This document shows, in pieces, positions 28,318 to 37,763 of a DNA stretch of 64,000 nucleotides (within the stretch, counting starts at the first letter, position 1; each line of letters begins with the position of its first letter). The notes under the pieces are model-generated. The model ran no database searches and was not told the origin of the DNA. It saw only the letters and a list, made by a program, of their open reading frames with translations. The translations under genes were made by a program, and so were the position numbers. This stretch comes from a virus (lineage: Duplodnaviria; Caudoviricetes), in IMG/VR virus record IMGVR_UViG_3300020036_009553, positions 32,001 through 96,000 of that record; one strand, 5' to 3'.

Positions 28318-28563
28318 ATGTCCAATCCCAACTCCAAAGAACTTTCCTCAAGGGATGCGCAAGCAATGCACCGCGATGCGCAACGTAACAAGTTTGCAGC
28401 TCTCAGGGCCGACACCCGCATCCATGTGTTCGATGGCTCCACATTGGTTGCTACTGTAGCTGACAAGGATGAGCTGGTCCGTCGTCGGCTGGAGTGGTTC
28501 AAGCTGCAGCACCCATTCATCATGGCAGCATCGGGGGATGAAATCAGCTTGCGCAGTCTCTAA
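28318..28563 (+). CDS. Hypothetical protein
   Basis: AAGGA RBS. Confidence 0.6.
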   Translation: MSNPNSKELSSRDAQAMHRDAQRNKFAALRADTRIHVFDGSTLVATVADKDELVRRRLEWFKLQHPFIMAASGDEISLRSL

Positions 28564-28712
28564 TATCCATCCACTAGTAAACATTCTACGTCATATGCAA
28601 GACAAGGGATGTTTACTAGTGGAACCGTGTTGTAATGGAGTCGCAATCACCACGAGCTCGACTATATTAGTTTTGCTTCGTATCTGGCAATCTTTCCAAG
28701 GAGTTCTATGCC

Positions 28713-29024
28713 ATGACGATTAGAGCGTTTACCAGGATAGCTGGAACCCTGAAAGAATCCGTGGAAGATGGTGCCTCTCCACAATTTTTCCTATCCGAGC
28801 TCTACGATCGTGGGGATCTCCTTCAGCTAATGAAGTATGAGGCTATGGAAACAATGTGCGAGATCATAGCTTCTCATGGGAATGGAACATATGATGTTCG
28901 GTTTGAGGACGGCCACGTCCTCAACAAGGTCCGGCATCATTTCCTCAATGGAGTAACCGAGCACGGGCTGGCGGTGTCGTGGACAACACTTCAAGCTAGT
29001 GACGATTGTGTGCTACTGGGATAA
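28713..29024 (+). CDS. Hypothetical protein
   Basis: AAGGAG RBS. Confidence 0.6.
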   Translation: MTIRAFTRIAGTLKESVEDGASPQFFLSELYDRGDLLQLMKYEAMETMCEIIASHGNGTYDVRFEDGHVLNKVRHHFLNGVTEHGLAVSWTTLQASDDCVLLG

Positions 29025-29275
29025 AGGAAGCCTACAACATGTGGTCATTTTCAATAGACGTGTTTTATCTTTGAGCCTTCTCCGTCTGCCCTATAAATGA
29101 CTTACAAAGTCAAATTTGCCCTTTGAAGTTAGAAACATCATCTTCAATCCAATGTAGAAATTGTACTTGGTTGTCTCTGTGAAATCAACAGGGAAGAACT
29201 GCCCTATTGACTTTTTGTCCATCTTGTTGTATAATGGTTCTTGTCAACTGACAAACAACTCGAGGAGAAAATGAG

Positions 29276-29548
29276 ATGGTACCAATTGGGCGGAGATTAA
29301 AAGGGTGCATTCAACGAGTTGCAAAAACAGAAGAAGTGGTGATCGATAATCCGTTGATTTTCAACGATAAAAGGAAAACTTTTCGGCGGTTGAAATGGTG
29401 GGGTGGGTATGGGTGTTATTATAAACAAAACAGGGAAAGGTTTTTTCAAAAACTTGATGAAGAAGTCAAGAGGGAATTTGGTAACGAGTTGATTGTTGCC
29501 CAAGTTGACGGTGAATCGTATTGTGTGCATATTCACTTGAATAATTGA
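29276..29548 (+). CDS. FNDKR..RRLKW family protein
   Basis: IFNDKRKTFRRLKWWGGY...FFQKLDEEVKREFG. Confidence 0.7.
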   Translation: MVPIGRRLKGCIQRVAKTEEVVIDNPLIFNDKRKTFRRLKWWGGYGCYYKQNRERFFQKLDEEVKREFGNELIVAQVDGESYCVHIHLNN

Positions 29549-29628
29549 CAAAAGTCAACGTTGATGTTTGGCAAGAATCATGTATAATGGTTCTTGTCAA
29601 CTGACAAACAACTTGAGGAGAACACGAG

Positions 29629-29901
29629 ATGCCCAAAACCAAGAAAAACGAGAAAGTTGTTTTTACTGTTGCTGTTCCTGTAACGGATGCCAAACTTCAG
29701 ACCTTCATCAATAAGATCAACAAATACTGGCTGGATGAGGATGATGAGAGACTGACGCTTGAACGGGTTGTAAATGATGTTTCTCTGTTGACTTACATTT
29801 GCGAATCTGCTGTTGAAGATGGAGTCGCGATGTATGACCCAGAAACTTTTGCAGGAGAAGGGGATGGGTGGTGTGACTGGAAGGATTATGTGACAAAATA
29901 A
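29629..29901 (+). CDS. Acidic hypothetical protein
   Basis: Own promoter, GAGGAG RBS, downstream terminator. Confidence 0.7.
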   Translation: MPKTKKNEKVVFTVAVPVTDAKLQTFINKINKYWLDEDDERLTLERVVNDVSLLTYICESAVEDGVAMYDPETFAGEGDGWCDWKDYVTK

Positions 29902-30022
29902 CATTAAAGAAAAAGGGGGCTGATTGCTTGCTCCCTTTTTGTTATCGGTTACGTTGACTTCTTCAGGTGGTTGGTATATAATCGTCCTTGTCGATTGACA
30001 AACAACGTTTACGGAAGGACAT

Positions 30023-30322
30023 ATGATGGCAACCAATACCAGTCGTTTTCATGATTGCATCGTTCGTACGAGGACTGATGCTAACCGGAACGTAACCGTA
30101 GCAATCTTCGATGACAAGCGGGTACATGGCCGTCGTCTGAAGTGGTGGGACGGATATCATGAATACCAAGGCAATGACAAGGAACTGTTTTTCAAGCGGC
30201 TTGACGAGGAGGTTCGGAAAGAATTCGGCAGACTGGTCAAAGCAACCAGGATCAAAAAGGATCAGAACAAATATTCGGGCGGCAACTGCATTTCGTATTG
30301 TCTGTATCTTCATAACAGCTGA
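30023..30322 (+). CDS. FDDKR..GRRLKW family protein
   Basis: IFDDKRVHGRRLKWWDGY...FFKRLDEEVRKEFG. Confidence 0.75.
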   Translation: MMATNTSRFHDCIVRTRTDANRNVTVAIFDDKRVHGRRLKWWDGYHEYQGNDKELFFKRLDEEVRKEFGRLVKATRIKKDQNKYSGGNCISYCLYLHNS

Positions 30323-30400
30323 CAACTGTTGACAAGGCAAGGACGATGTTGTATAATCGTCCTTGTCGATTGACAAACAACATTCACAAAGGAAACATCA

Positions 30401-30595
30401 ATGAAAACATCCTTCAACTTCAACCTGTTCGTCTTTTGGGTAATTACGCTTTTGTTCGGTTTGTCGGCGGCAAATGCATCGGTGACCGTCGTGAACGAAG
30501 TTCCTGAGCCATCCACGATGTTCATGGTCGTTCTTGCCGTTGCGATCATGTTCGTCTGCGACTACCTTGGCCGTCGTTTCCATCGTCGATCGTAA
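30401..30595 (+). CDS. Miniature PEP-CTERM protein
   Basis: Signal peptide (..SAANA), about 7 residues, then VPEPST, TM helix and RRFHRRS. Confidence 0.75.
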   Translation: MKTSFNFNLFVFWVITLLFGLSAANASVTVVNEVPEPSTMFMVVLAVAIMFVCDYLGRRFHRRS

Positions 30596-30597
30596 TC

Positions 30598-30648
30598 GTT
30601 GTCAGTTGATGGAGTCATTGGAGTATAATGGCTCCATCAACTGACAAC
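30598..30648 (+). promoter_or_regulatory. Palindromic sigma70 promoter cassette (22 bp arms, one T.G pair)
   Basis: GTTGTCAGTTGATGGAGTCATT-GGAGTAT-AATGGCTCCATCAACTGACAAC; related copies at 30992, 32848, 33199, 27725, 28128. Confidence 0.85.
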
Positions 30649-30665
30649 AACCAAGGAGAAACAAA

Positions 30666-30986
30666 ATGAAAACCATCACAGCAACAGGAGAATTTGTGGT
30701 ATCATTCAACTGCTCGTTTGGTGGTATTGACTGTGGTGAGTCCAACAGGTACACGGTGGATTATGCAGGGGATGATGTATCTTCCCTTGCAAGGGAAGTC
30801 ATTGATGATGATCCAAACTTCCCCATGGACTTCATCACAAAAGCACAAGCTGCTGAAATGCTTGGTCCTCACGATGAGGATAATTGGGCGGTGAGTCTGC
30901 CTGATTTTGTTGTGGGGGTATTTGTTGAGAAAGGAAACGAGCTCACATGGCCTGTTGCCATAATGGTTTCATCCAAATACTTCTAA
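30666..30986 (+). CDS. Acidic hypothetical protein
   Basis: AAGGAG RBS in cassette. Confidence 0.75.
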   Translation: MKTITATGEFVVSFNCSFGGIDCGESNRYTVDYAGDDVSSLAREVIDDDPNFPMDFITKAQAAEMLGPHDEDNWAVSLPDFVVGVFVEKGNELTWPVAIMVSSKYF

Positions 30987-31057
30987 CAGCCGTTGACTTG
31001 ATGGAGTCATTGGAGTATAATGGCTCCATCAACTGACAACAACCAAGGAGAAACAAA

Positions 31058-31288
31058 ATGAAAACCACCACTCAAACTCAGTTTCAACAAATTGACGGCT
31101 ATCTTTCATTGGAGGAAGCCACCGCAAGTTTGGTACACGTTGCGAAGTGCATGCAATCCACCCACACCGCCGCATCCTTCAACAGCAACAAAGACATCCA
31201 AGTTCGCCTGTTTGATGCGAGAAAAGCAAGTGTCAGAGTTCTCCTTAGCCTGATCGAACAGTATATTGACCAAATACCTGACGAGTAA
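31058..31288 (+). CDS. Hypothetical protein
   Basis: Same cassette and MKT start as 30666. Confidence 0.7.
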   Translation: MKTTTQTQFQQIDGYLSLEEATASLVHVAKCMQSTHTAASFNSNKDIQVRLFDARKASVRVLLSLIEQYIDQIPDE

Positions 31289-31356
31289 TTTGTGTTGACT
31301 TCTGTTGTTAGTTATTGTATACTTTGTTTTTCAACTAACAACAGAAGGAAAACAAA

Positions 31357-31773
31357 ATGTTTTCAAAAAGAATGTACATTAACGATGGTGACATGGGCAC
31401 TTTTGTTGGTGAACAAGTTGTTGGTTTAACGGAAACGTGGGTTAATAGTGATGGAACAACAACTGAATTTGATTACTGGAAGGAGTTGTTTGAAAATCAC
31501 TTTGTTGTGTACAACAACAAAGAGGAGTGCTTGAAAGAGTTTAATGAATGTGTTTTTGATGAAGATAAACATTTTAAGACTGACAAGGAATACTTTAGTA
31601 ACATGAAACGTATCAGTAACGTAAAACGTATGATTACGTTGTTGTGTGAAAAAGAAGAAGGGAAACAGGGCAAGTGGTTTGTTGGAGGAAACGGGGAATA
31701 TGATGTTATTGTTATTGTTGGGTTTGAGTTTGAAAGTGATAACGATGAACAAATAACATATTACGAAGAATAA
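31357..31773 (+). CDS. Acidic protein (paralogue of 31999-32361)
   Basis: INDGDMG...KEEC..EF...KWFVGGNGEYDV; no Ala or Pro. Confidence 0.75.
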   Translation: MFSKRMYINDGDMGTFVGEQVVGLTETWVNSDGTTTEFDYWKELFENHFVVYNNKEECLKEFNECVFDEDKHFKTDKEYFSNMKRISNVKRMITLLCEKEEGKQGKWFVGGNGEYDVIVIVGFEFESDNDEQITYYEE

Positions 31774-31782
31774 GTGTAACAA

Positions 31783-31817
31783 AACGAAAAGAACTGTACT
31801 GTACAGTTCTTTTCGTT
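31783..31817. terminator. Bidirectional terminator
   Basis: AACGAAAAGAACTGTAC-T-GTACAGTTCTTTTCGTT. Confidence 0.75.
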
Positions 31818-31998
31818 GTCTTCTCTGGTTAGGCTCAGTAATTGACTAGTAAACATTTAAGACCCTGAAACATCCAAGGGGATTGGAGTAATGATTGATC
31901 GCAAGGGATCGAACAGATACTCAACAGGGCATGTGATAAGTATAACTAATAAAAGAGAGAGAGAATTAATCTCTCTCTCTCTTCTCTCTTCTTCTTAT

Positions 31999-32361
31999 TT
32001 ACTCATACACAAATTCATAAATTTCATCAAGTTCATAAAGTTCATAATCAAATTCATCAACATTAACTTCACAAACAAAGCCCCATAATACTTCATATTC
32101 ACCATCATCACCCATAAACCACTTTTTCTCTTCATCATATAATAAAATCATTTCTTTAAAATCTTTCAGCCCTTTTTCATAAACTTCTCTCAACTCTTCT
32201 TTCTCAACTCTCAACATTTTAACAAACTTCTCTTCACACTCTTCTTGAGTGCCCCACTCTTTATTCAGTTCATCAAAATAAACTTCACTCTCTTTCATCA
32301 TTTTCAACATAAAACCTCTATCACTATCACTAATACAAACAACTTTCTCAAACATATTCAT
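31999..32361 (-). CDS. Very acidic protein encoded by a nearly C-free coding strand
   Basis: ISDSDRG...EEC...KWFMGDDGEYEV; promoter TTGTTT-17-GATAAT (~32417-32445); terminator 31951-31983. Confidence 0.8.
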   Translation of the reverse strand: MNMFEKVVCISDSDRGFMLKMMKESEVYFDELNKEWGTQEECEEKFVKMLRVEKEELREVYEKGLKDFKEMILLYDEEKKWFMGDDGEYEVLWGFVCEVNVDEFDYELYELDEIYEFVYE

Positions 32362-32605
32362 TTTTCTCTCTCTTTCTCAATCAATTAATATTAACTTCTC
32401 TCTTTACAACAAGAACATTATCTCACAAAACAAACAAAAAAACAACTACTTTTTCAAACATACAGTCTCTCATTAAATAACAACACCATACTACAATCCA
32501 ACACACCATTCAACAACTCTAATTCTAAATGAACAGTCCTGTTGATTTTAATAGAGAGATATTGTATAATGGTTTCATCAACTGACAACACACAAGGAGA
32601 TTCAA

Positions 32606-32842
32606 ATGACCAGATTGTTATTCCTTGAAATCAACCTGTACACAGGGAGTGTTGAAGATGTAAAACAACTGGAGAACGACAACAGACCACTCAAGGATCA
32701 ATTGGATGATTATCTTATGTCCGAGTCGGAGTGGGAACAAGTCCCTAGTTCAAATCCTTATTACCAAATCCACCAAACCAAAACGTCCGTCACTTTCCAG
32801 GGAGAGGAAGGATCGTTCCAATTGCTCCTTGTTGATCTGTAA
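32606..32842 (+). CDS. Small acidic protein
   Basis: Cassette promoter, AAGGAG RBS. Confidence 0.7.
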   Translation: MTRLLFLEINLYTGSVEDVKQLENDNRPLKDQLDDYLMSESEWEQVPSSNPYYQIHQTKTSVTFQGEEGSFQLLLVDL

Positions 32843-32912
32843 AGATTGTTGACTTGATGGAGCCATTGTTGTATAATGTCTCCATCAACTGACAACAACC
32901 AAGGAGATTCAA

Positions 32913-33197
32913 ATGATCAAGGTGTTGTATCGTGAAGGCGATGTTCATTCCACAGAGGAACTGGCAGAATTCTCAGTTGCTGGTTGTTTGGCTTCAATCA
33001 ATCTGACACAAGACGATTGTGTTCCTGAGAACGATGACGATGCAACAGCATTGACTGTTCAGTCGTATGATATCGGTGGTCGCAACGACTCCTGTCGCCA
33101 ACCAAGTCGCCGTGATCAATTGGTTGTGGTGTGCTATTCCAATAGCGATGGCGAACTTAGGACATGGACTGGTCCTGCTTCTTGTTTTGTGGGCTGA
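32913..33197 (+). CDS. Small acidic protein
   Basis: Cassette promoter, AAGGAG RBS. Confidence 0.7.
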   Translation: MIKVLYREGDVHSTEELAEFSVAGCLASINLTQDDCVPENDDDATALTVQSYDIGGRNDSCRQPSRRDQLVVVCYSNSDGELRTWTGPASCFVG

Positions 33198-33263
33198 TGT
33201 TGACTTGATGGAGTCATTGGAGTATAATGGCTCCATCAACTGACAACACACAAGGAGATTCAA

Positions 33264-33788
33264 ATGAACTTCGCCATTCTCGAAGAACTGATGAAAGAAG
33301 TCAATGGTGCGACGTTCGTATCGATCGATACGATCACGAGCGTGACGTTACCAGGTGGCAAGAAAAACGAGTTCAATGGTCGTGTGACGAAGTTGGTGGA
33401 AGGATCGTCGGTCATGGTCTTTCAAAACAAGAACTCGAATGCTTACGAGAACATGGTCAACAGGAGACTGGAGAAGGAGGGAGTTTCAGTCGCAACGTTC
33501 AAAGTCGGTCCTCGTGCGTGGGGCACTCGTATCCAAGATACTCCATTCGTCGAACACAACGGACAGATGTACCTTGAAGTCATCTTCCTTCACGCAGGGG
33601 AAGCATCGTACCTGCTCGACGGCCAAAAGACAACAGACCCACGCTGCATTCCTCCTTCGAAGGAAACTGGTGAAGGGAACGGTTTCGAGCAGGGCGGCTT
33701 GAACAACAAGGTGATTATTCGTACCTACAAGGTCGATTCCATCGTCGGCATTACGATCAACAAACAGCGATTCGAGATCAAGAGGTAA
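33264..33788 (+). CDS. Hypothetical phage protein
   Basis: Cassette promoter; YENMVNRRL..EG, PRAWG.R...PFVEHNG..YLE. Confidence 0.8.
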   Translation: MNFAILEELMKEVNGATFVSIDTITSVTLPGGKKNEFNGRVTKLVEGSSVMVFQNKNSNAYENMVNRRLEKEGVSVATFKVGPRAWGTRIQDTPFVEHNGQMYLEVIFLHAGEASYLLDGQKTTDPRCIPPSKETGEGNGFEQGGLNNKVIIRTYKVDSIVGITINKQRFEIKR

Positions 33789-33792
33789 CATA

Positions 33793-33852
33793 ATGTTGCA
33801 TTCTCCTCTTCGATATTGTACAATGACTTCTTTGAAGAGGAGAATGCAACAT
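33793..33852 (+). promoter_or_regulatory. Promoter within a perfect 19 bp inverted repeat covering the SD and start codon
   Basis: ATGTTGCATTCTCCTCTTC ... GAAGAGGAGAATGCAACAT; TTGCAT-17-TACAAT. Confidence 0.8.
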
Positions 33853-34093
33853 GGTACAAAGAATCAAAGTACAGGGAAGGCTTTGTGTGTATCGTGATGG
33901 ACACATTAAGCAGTTTCTTGCTGCGGAATTAATCGTGGGAAGGGAACGGTTTCATTATTATCCCTGTCCGAAATGTTTTGAGGATCTCGTCACTGCCCTT
34001 GATAATGAGTGTGACATTGAAGTTGTGGTGAATGGTGGAGATGATGTGTGGGTGAGAGGTCGTAATCCGAGAAATCCGAAACGATTGTCATGA
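33851..34093 (+). CDS. Hypothetical protein (CPKC)
   Basis: GAGGAG RBS. Confidence 0.65.
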   Translation: MVQRIKVQGRLCVYRDGHIKQFLAAELIVGRERFHYYPCPKCFEDLVTALDNECDIEVVVNGGDDVWVRGRNPRNPKRLS

Positions 34094-34159
34094 TTTTTTC
34101 TTGACTTGAAAGAATTGATGTGAGATAATGAACGTTCTTTTAAGTTGAGGAGAAACAAC

Positions 34160-34345
34160 ATGAACACCATCACCCCCCTTTCCAACGATTTATATGTGTA
34201 CTTTGATGCAACTGGTGCAGGAAGCATGCCTAGTGTTGTTGCAGGCCCCTTTCCTACACAAGAAGCGGCCGATCAATACATGATCGCTGAAGGGATGACT
34301 GATCCTCAGTTGTACTTCACCGATGTCCTGTACGACGAGGAATAA
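34160..34345 (+). CDS. Small acidic protein
   Basis: GAGGAG RBS; AGPFPTQEAAD. Confidence 0.65.
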   Translation: MNTITPLSNDLYVYFDATGAGSMPSVVAGPFPTQEAADQYMIAEGMTDPQLYFTDVLYDEE

Positions 34346-34407
34346 AAAGCAGCGTTGTATCTTCTTCAGTAAGGTTGTATAATGTCTTCTTTGACGAGGA
34401 GAGACAA

Positions 34408-34728
34408 ATGAAAAATATCACCTGCGAGTGTATCACACTTCAAGTTCAGGGAGATGGAAAAGTTTTGGTGTTTGATGGGTTCGACAGGTTTGATATTAAA
34501 ATGTTGACGAATGGACAGGGCGCCGGCGATTGTGTCAAAGAACAAATTTTTGAAATGAAGGAGTTTTTGGCTGAGGAAGAGGTTGAATTTGATGAAAATG
34601 AGTTCAAACAGAAAGAGGAGGAGTTCTTTGCGTTGCTGGGGCAAAAAAAGAACGACAACGTGATGAAAATCGTTTTGTGGAGTAGTGAATATGATAGTGC
34701 GGTAAGTGTGATGTATCTGAAAGAATGA
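34408..34728 (+). CDS. Acidic protein
   Basis: GAGGAG RBS; E-rich. Confidence 0.7.
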   Translation: MKNITCECITLQVQGDGKVLVFDGFDRFDIKMLTNGQGAGDCVKEQIFEMKEFLAEEEVEFDENEFKQKEEEFFALLGQKKNDNVMKIVLWSSEYDSAVSVMYLKE

Positions 34729-34745
34729 AGTAGTTATGAGACAAC

Positions 34746-34776
34746 AATAAAGGGAGATCTCAGTCTCCCTTTATTG
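34746..34776. terminator. Bidirectional terminator between convergent genes
   Basis: CAATAAAGGGAGA-TCTCAG-TCTCCCTTTATTG. Confidence 0.8.
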
Positions 34777-34792
34777 TGTGGTGATGTGATCG

Positions 34793-35104
34793 TTACTTCA
34801 CTACTTTGGGACGATGTGCACAGTAAAAGATGACTGCCACCACACATTCATCCGAATTAACGAACACGGTAGTGATGGTTCCTTCCCCCACTGATGCGAA
34901 ACGATCACGGAGATGATGTGTACGATCAATGACGACATCATCTCCCTTCTTGTTGAGGAACTTCAACACCGTGTCTTCGAGGAGGGAGAGATCATTACCC
35001 ACCCAGTCGATGGTGTGAGTGTCCTCACCACCTCCGACGATGATAGGATCGAGGACACTACCACACTGACAGTTGTGTGAACATCCATACCGATATGACT
35101 TCAT
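34793..35104 (-). CDS. Hypothetical protein
   Basis: GAGGAG RBS and minus-strand promoter 35130-35159. Confidence 0.7.
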   Translation of the reverse strand: MKSYRYGCSHNCQCGSVLDPIIVGGGEDTHTIDWVGNDLSLLEDTVLKFLNKKGDDVVIDRTHHLRDRFASVGEGTITTVFVNSDECVVAVIFYCAHRPKVVK

Positions 35105-35128
35105 GTCTACTCCTCTCATTAAAGAAGT

Positions 35129-35191
35129 CATTATACATCATTGTGAGTCGTGAGTCAACTGTTGACTTCTTTGATTGAATGATGTATAATG
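35129..35191. promoter_or_regulatory. Back-to-back divergent sigma70 promoters
   Basis: CATTATACATCATT...GTCAAC-T-GTTGAC...AATGATGTATAATG. Confidence 0.8.
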
Positions 35192-35320
35192 TAGTCTAAT
35201 GAGTGAGAGATAGATTAAGAGAAAAGTTAAACAGGGCAGTCGAGTTATATACAAATATATAGACGATGGTCGTGTATGTCAGGTACCTGGTACACGTTCA
35301 TATATCAATTTATTTTCCAC

Positions 35321-35391
35321 ATTCCAATTTAACATTTCCATCCACATTCCAACTCAACAATTCCAATTTAACATTTCCATCCACATTCCAA
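35321..35391 (+). repeat. 32 bp direct repeat x2 in a G-free tract
   Basis: ATTCCAATTTAACATTTCCATCCACATTCCAA at 35321 and 35360. Confidence 0.85.
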
Positions 35392-35517
35392 TTTAACAAT
35401 TCTGAAACAATATTTTTAAAAATCTCGTTTTCAAAAATTTTTTTTGAAATTTTTTACCCGTGAAAATGGGTTTCTCTCTGCACCACTTATCCAATAGTTA
35501 TAGGAGCATTATTAAAA

Positions 35518-36369
35518 ATGACCACATTTATTAGTCCGCAACGACACAATATCGCTACTATTGAGGGTGATGTGATCGTGAAAATCAACAATCAACAATT
35601 TCTCACGACCACTGCATATTTCACAAAAAATAAAAATAATTCCGATTCCTTTTATGCTGGGCAATGCAGTAAGACTGGTCGGTGTTCCAAAATGTTATCA
35701 GCCGCAAAAATAACTGTACCACACAAAGCAACAACTGAATTCTTTCTGGATCTGGTCGATTCTGTTATTGATAATGTCACATCAAATTACACACGTATTC
35801 CTGCCCCAGTCCGTACTATATCCCTATGGGGAGCTATCTGGATTTTCATTTCTGAAATCGACGAGCGTTGCAATTTGCATATCACTTGTGCGATTTATCC
35901 GGATCGGCTTACTGCGATCCCAATGAATGTTGGAGATGGAGCGTTTTATTGGGGGGTAGATGAGGAAACACATTTTATTACAAAGAAAGAAGAACTCAAG
36001 AAAGAAGGAACAACGTCCCCAAAAAATGAAATTAAATTCATTCATGGTCGGTGGTATGATACTCGCGTGGGGGAGGGGAATAGTGGGCTTGTACCAACTG
36101 GGGGATATACTATTGCATATCGTGACAATGGGAATGGGACATATACATTTGGTGGAACGCGGTGTAGTGAAGATGATGTGTTCTGTAAACAGACGGGTCG
36201 GGATGTTGCTGCAGTCAGGTTGAATACAGCAAGATTTTCAAATGGAACGAAACAGTCACATACGATTGAGTGTTTATCAGATAAAGTCTTCTATGATGGT
36301 GTGGTGAAGGCGTTTGCTTCACTGGTGTATCCACGACAACGACATTATACACTGAGAACAAAAAAATAA
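35518..36369 (+). CDS. Paralogue 1 of the IKFIHGRW...CS.DD.F.K..GRD.A family
   Basis: C-terminal domain shared with 36410 and 37764. Confidence 0.8.
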   Translation: MTTFISPQRHNIATIEGDVIVKINNQQFLTTTAYFTKNKNNSDSFYAGQCSKTGRCSKMLSAAKITVPHKATTEFFLDLVDSVIDNVTSNYTRIPAPVRTISLWGAIWIFISEIDERCNLHITCAIYPDRLTAIPMNVGDGAFYWGVDEETHFITKKEELKKEGTTSPKNEIKFIHGRWYDTRVGEGNSGLVPTGGYTIAYRDNGNGTYTFGGTRCSEDDVFCKQTGRDVAAVRLNTARFSNGTKQSHTIECLSDKVFYDGVVKAFASLVYPRQRHYTLRTKK

Positions 36370-36409
36370 TTTTTACAAAAATACCAAATACCAAAGGATA
36401 AATCTCACA

Positions 36410-37213
36410 ATGAGTACACATACCTCCCCTGTCCAAAAACATAACATCCCGGAGATTCCGGGCGATGTTATTGTAACGATTAATAATCGTCAATTGTATT
36501 CTGTTGCTTCATTGATAACAATATACAATCCAGAGTTGATTCGTCATGAAGCGTATTCTACTCCTGTTAGGAAGAATGATTCGACCCCATCCCCAATGTC
36601 TCCATTGCAAGAGGCTGCAATTCAATTCATTATCAGCACAATGCAGCGGTATATTGAAGATATTACAAATAATTTTACCCAAATTCCTGATCATGTTCGG
36701 GTAATGTCAACGGGGGGAATTGTTTGGGTAATTAATTCGTCCGTCGAGCAATCGAATTTGCACATTGATTGTTCTATTTATTTGGATGCGTATATTGCGT
36801 GTTTGTATACACCAGAAATCGTGGGAGGATCCAAAACGATGGAAGATACGCAAATTATCATTACAAATGCATCTGCTCAATCACCGGCGAAATCTGAAAT
36901 TAAATTCATTCATGGTCGGTGGCATGATAGTGATGGCTCTATTATTTCAAAGGGTGGGTGCACGATTGCGTTTCGGGATAATGGAGATGGAACATATACC
37001 TTTGCTACATCTCAGTGCAGTAATGATGACGCTTTTAATAAACAAGTTGGTCGCGACCTCGCTGCGGAGCGGTTGGAAGAAGGGTCGGTGGCAAAAACTG
37101 TTGCCGTGAAGTCTAATGTGACGAATAGCGATCAGTTTCGACATATTACGTCACTGTTCTTCCATACAATGCATCATCGTAAACATCCGCAATATTATAT
37201 GGCAGCAAAATGA
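36410..37213 (+). CDS. Paralogue 2 of the same family
   Basis: EIKFIHGRWHD...GGCTIAFRDNGDGTYTF..SQCSNDDAFNKQVGRDLA. Confidence 0.8.
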   Translation: MSTHTSPVQKHNIPEIPGDVIVTINNRQLYSVASLITIYNPELIRHEAYSTPVRKNDSTPSPMSPLQEAAIQFIISTMQRYIEDITNNFTQIPDHVRVMSTGGIVWVINSSVEQSNLHIDCSIYLDAYIACLYTPEIVGGSKTMEDTQIIITNASAQSPAKSEIKFIHGRWHDSDGSIISKGGCTIAFRDNGDGTYTFATSQCSNDDAFNKQVGRDLAAERLEEGSVAKTVAVKSNVTNSDQFRHITSLFFHTMHHRKHPQYYMAAK

Positions 37214-37763
37214 AAAAAATTTTAAATCGATTATTCTTTTGTACTGATAAACCTCAGCGGAATGGTGAGGAGAGGGATCGGGATATCCCTCCACGCGCTC
37301 ATAGAAATCCTCCTCGTTGGGCGTGCATATTGATAACAATATTGGCAATTGTTATATTTGGTTATGCGTTGTTTTCGTTGATGCGGTTGTTTCACGAATT
37401 GATTTATAATGAATTTTACTATCATAGATCTGTCCATTTGTTCTACATTAGATAGGGAGAGTGCCAAGTGACATATTCCAACTTTATTAAATTGTTGATT
37501 GTTGGGTTGATTTGTTGTCAACCTAGTTATGGGCAGACAACACAGCCAACGACAACCAGGGGAGAGTCAGCAAGTGAGACACAACGGCGGTGGCAAGCAG
37601 AGGAACGGGCAGCGAATGAAAAGCGTGCGAATGATGCTCACCGTCGGGCGGAAGAACGGCACTGGAAACAGATGGAACAAAAAAATAAACAGAAATAATA
37701 TGTTGACATGTCGCGCAATCTATTAGATAATACCTGCATTATGAATAGGAGTAATTAAATATA

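Noticed and set aside
35266-35463. 65 aa ORF over the direct repeats
   Set aside because: No clear RBS; low-complexity translation of a G-free repeat
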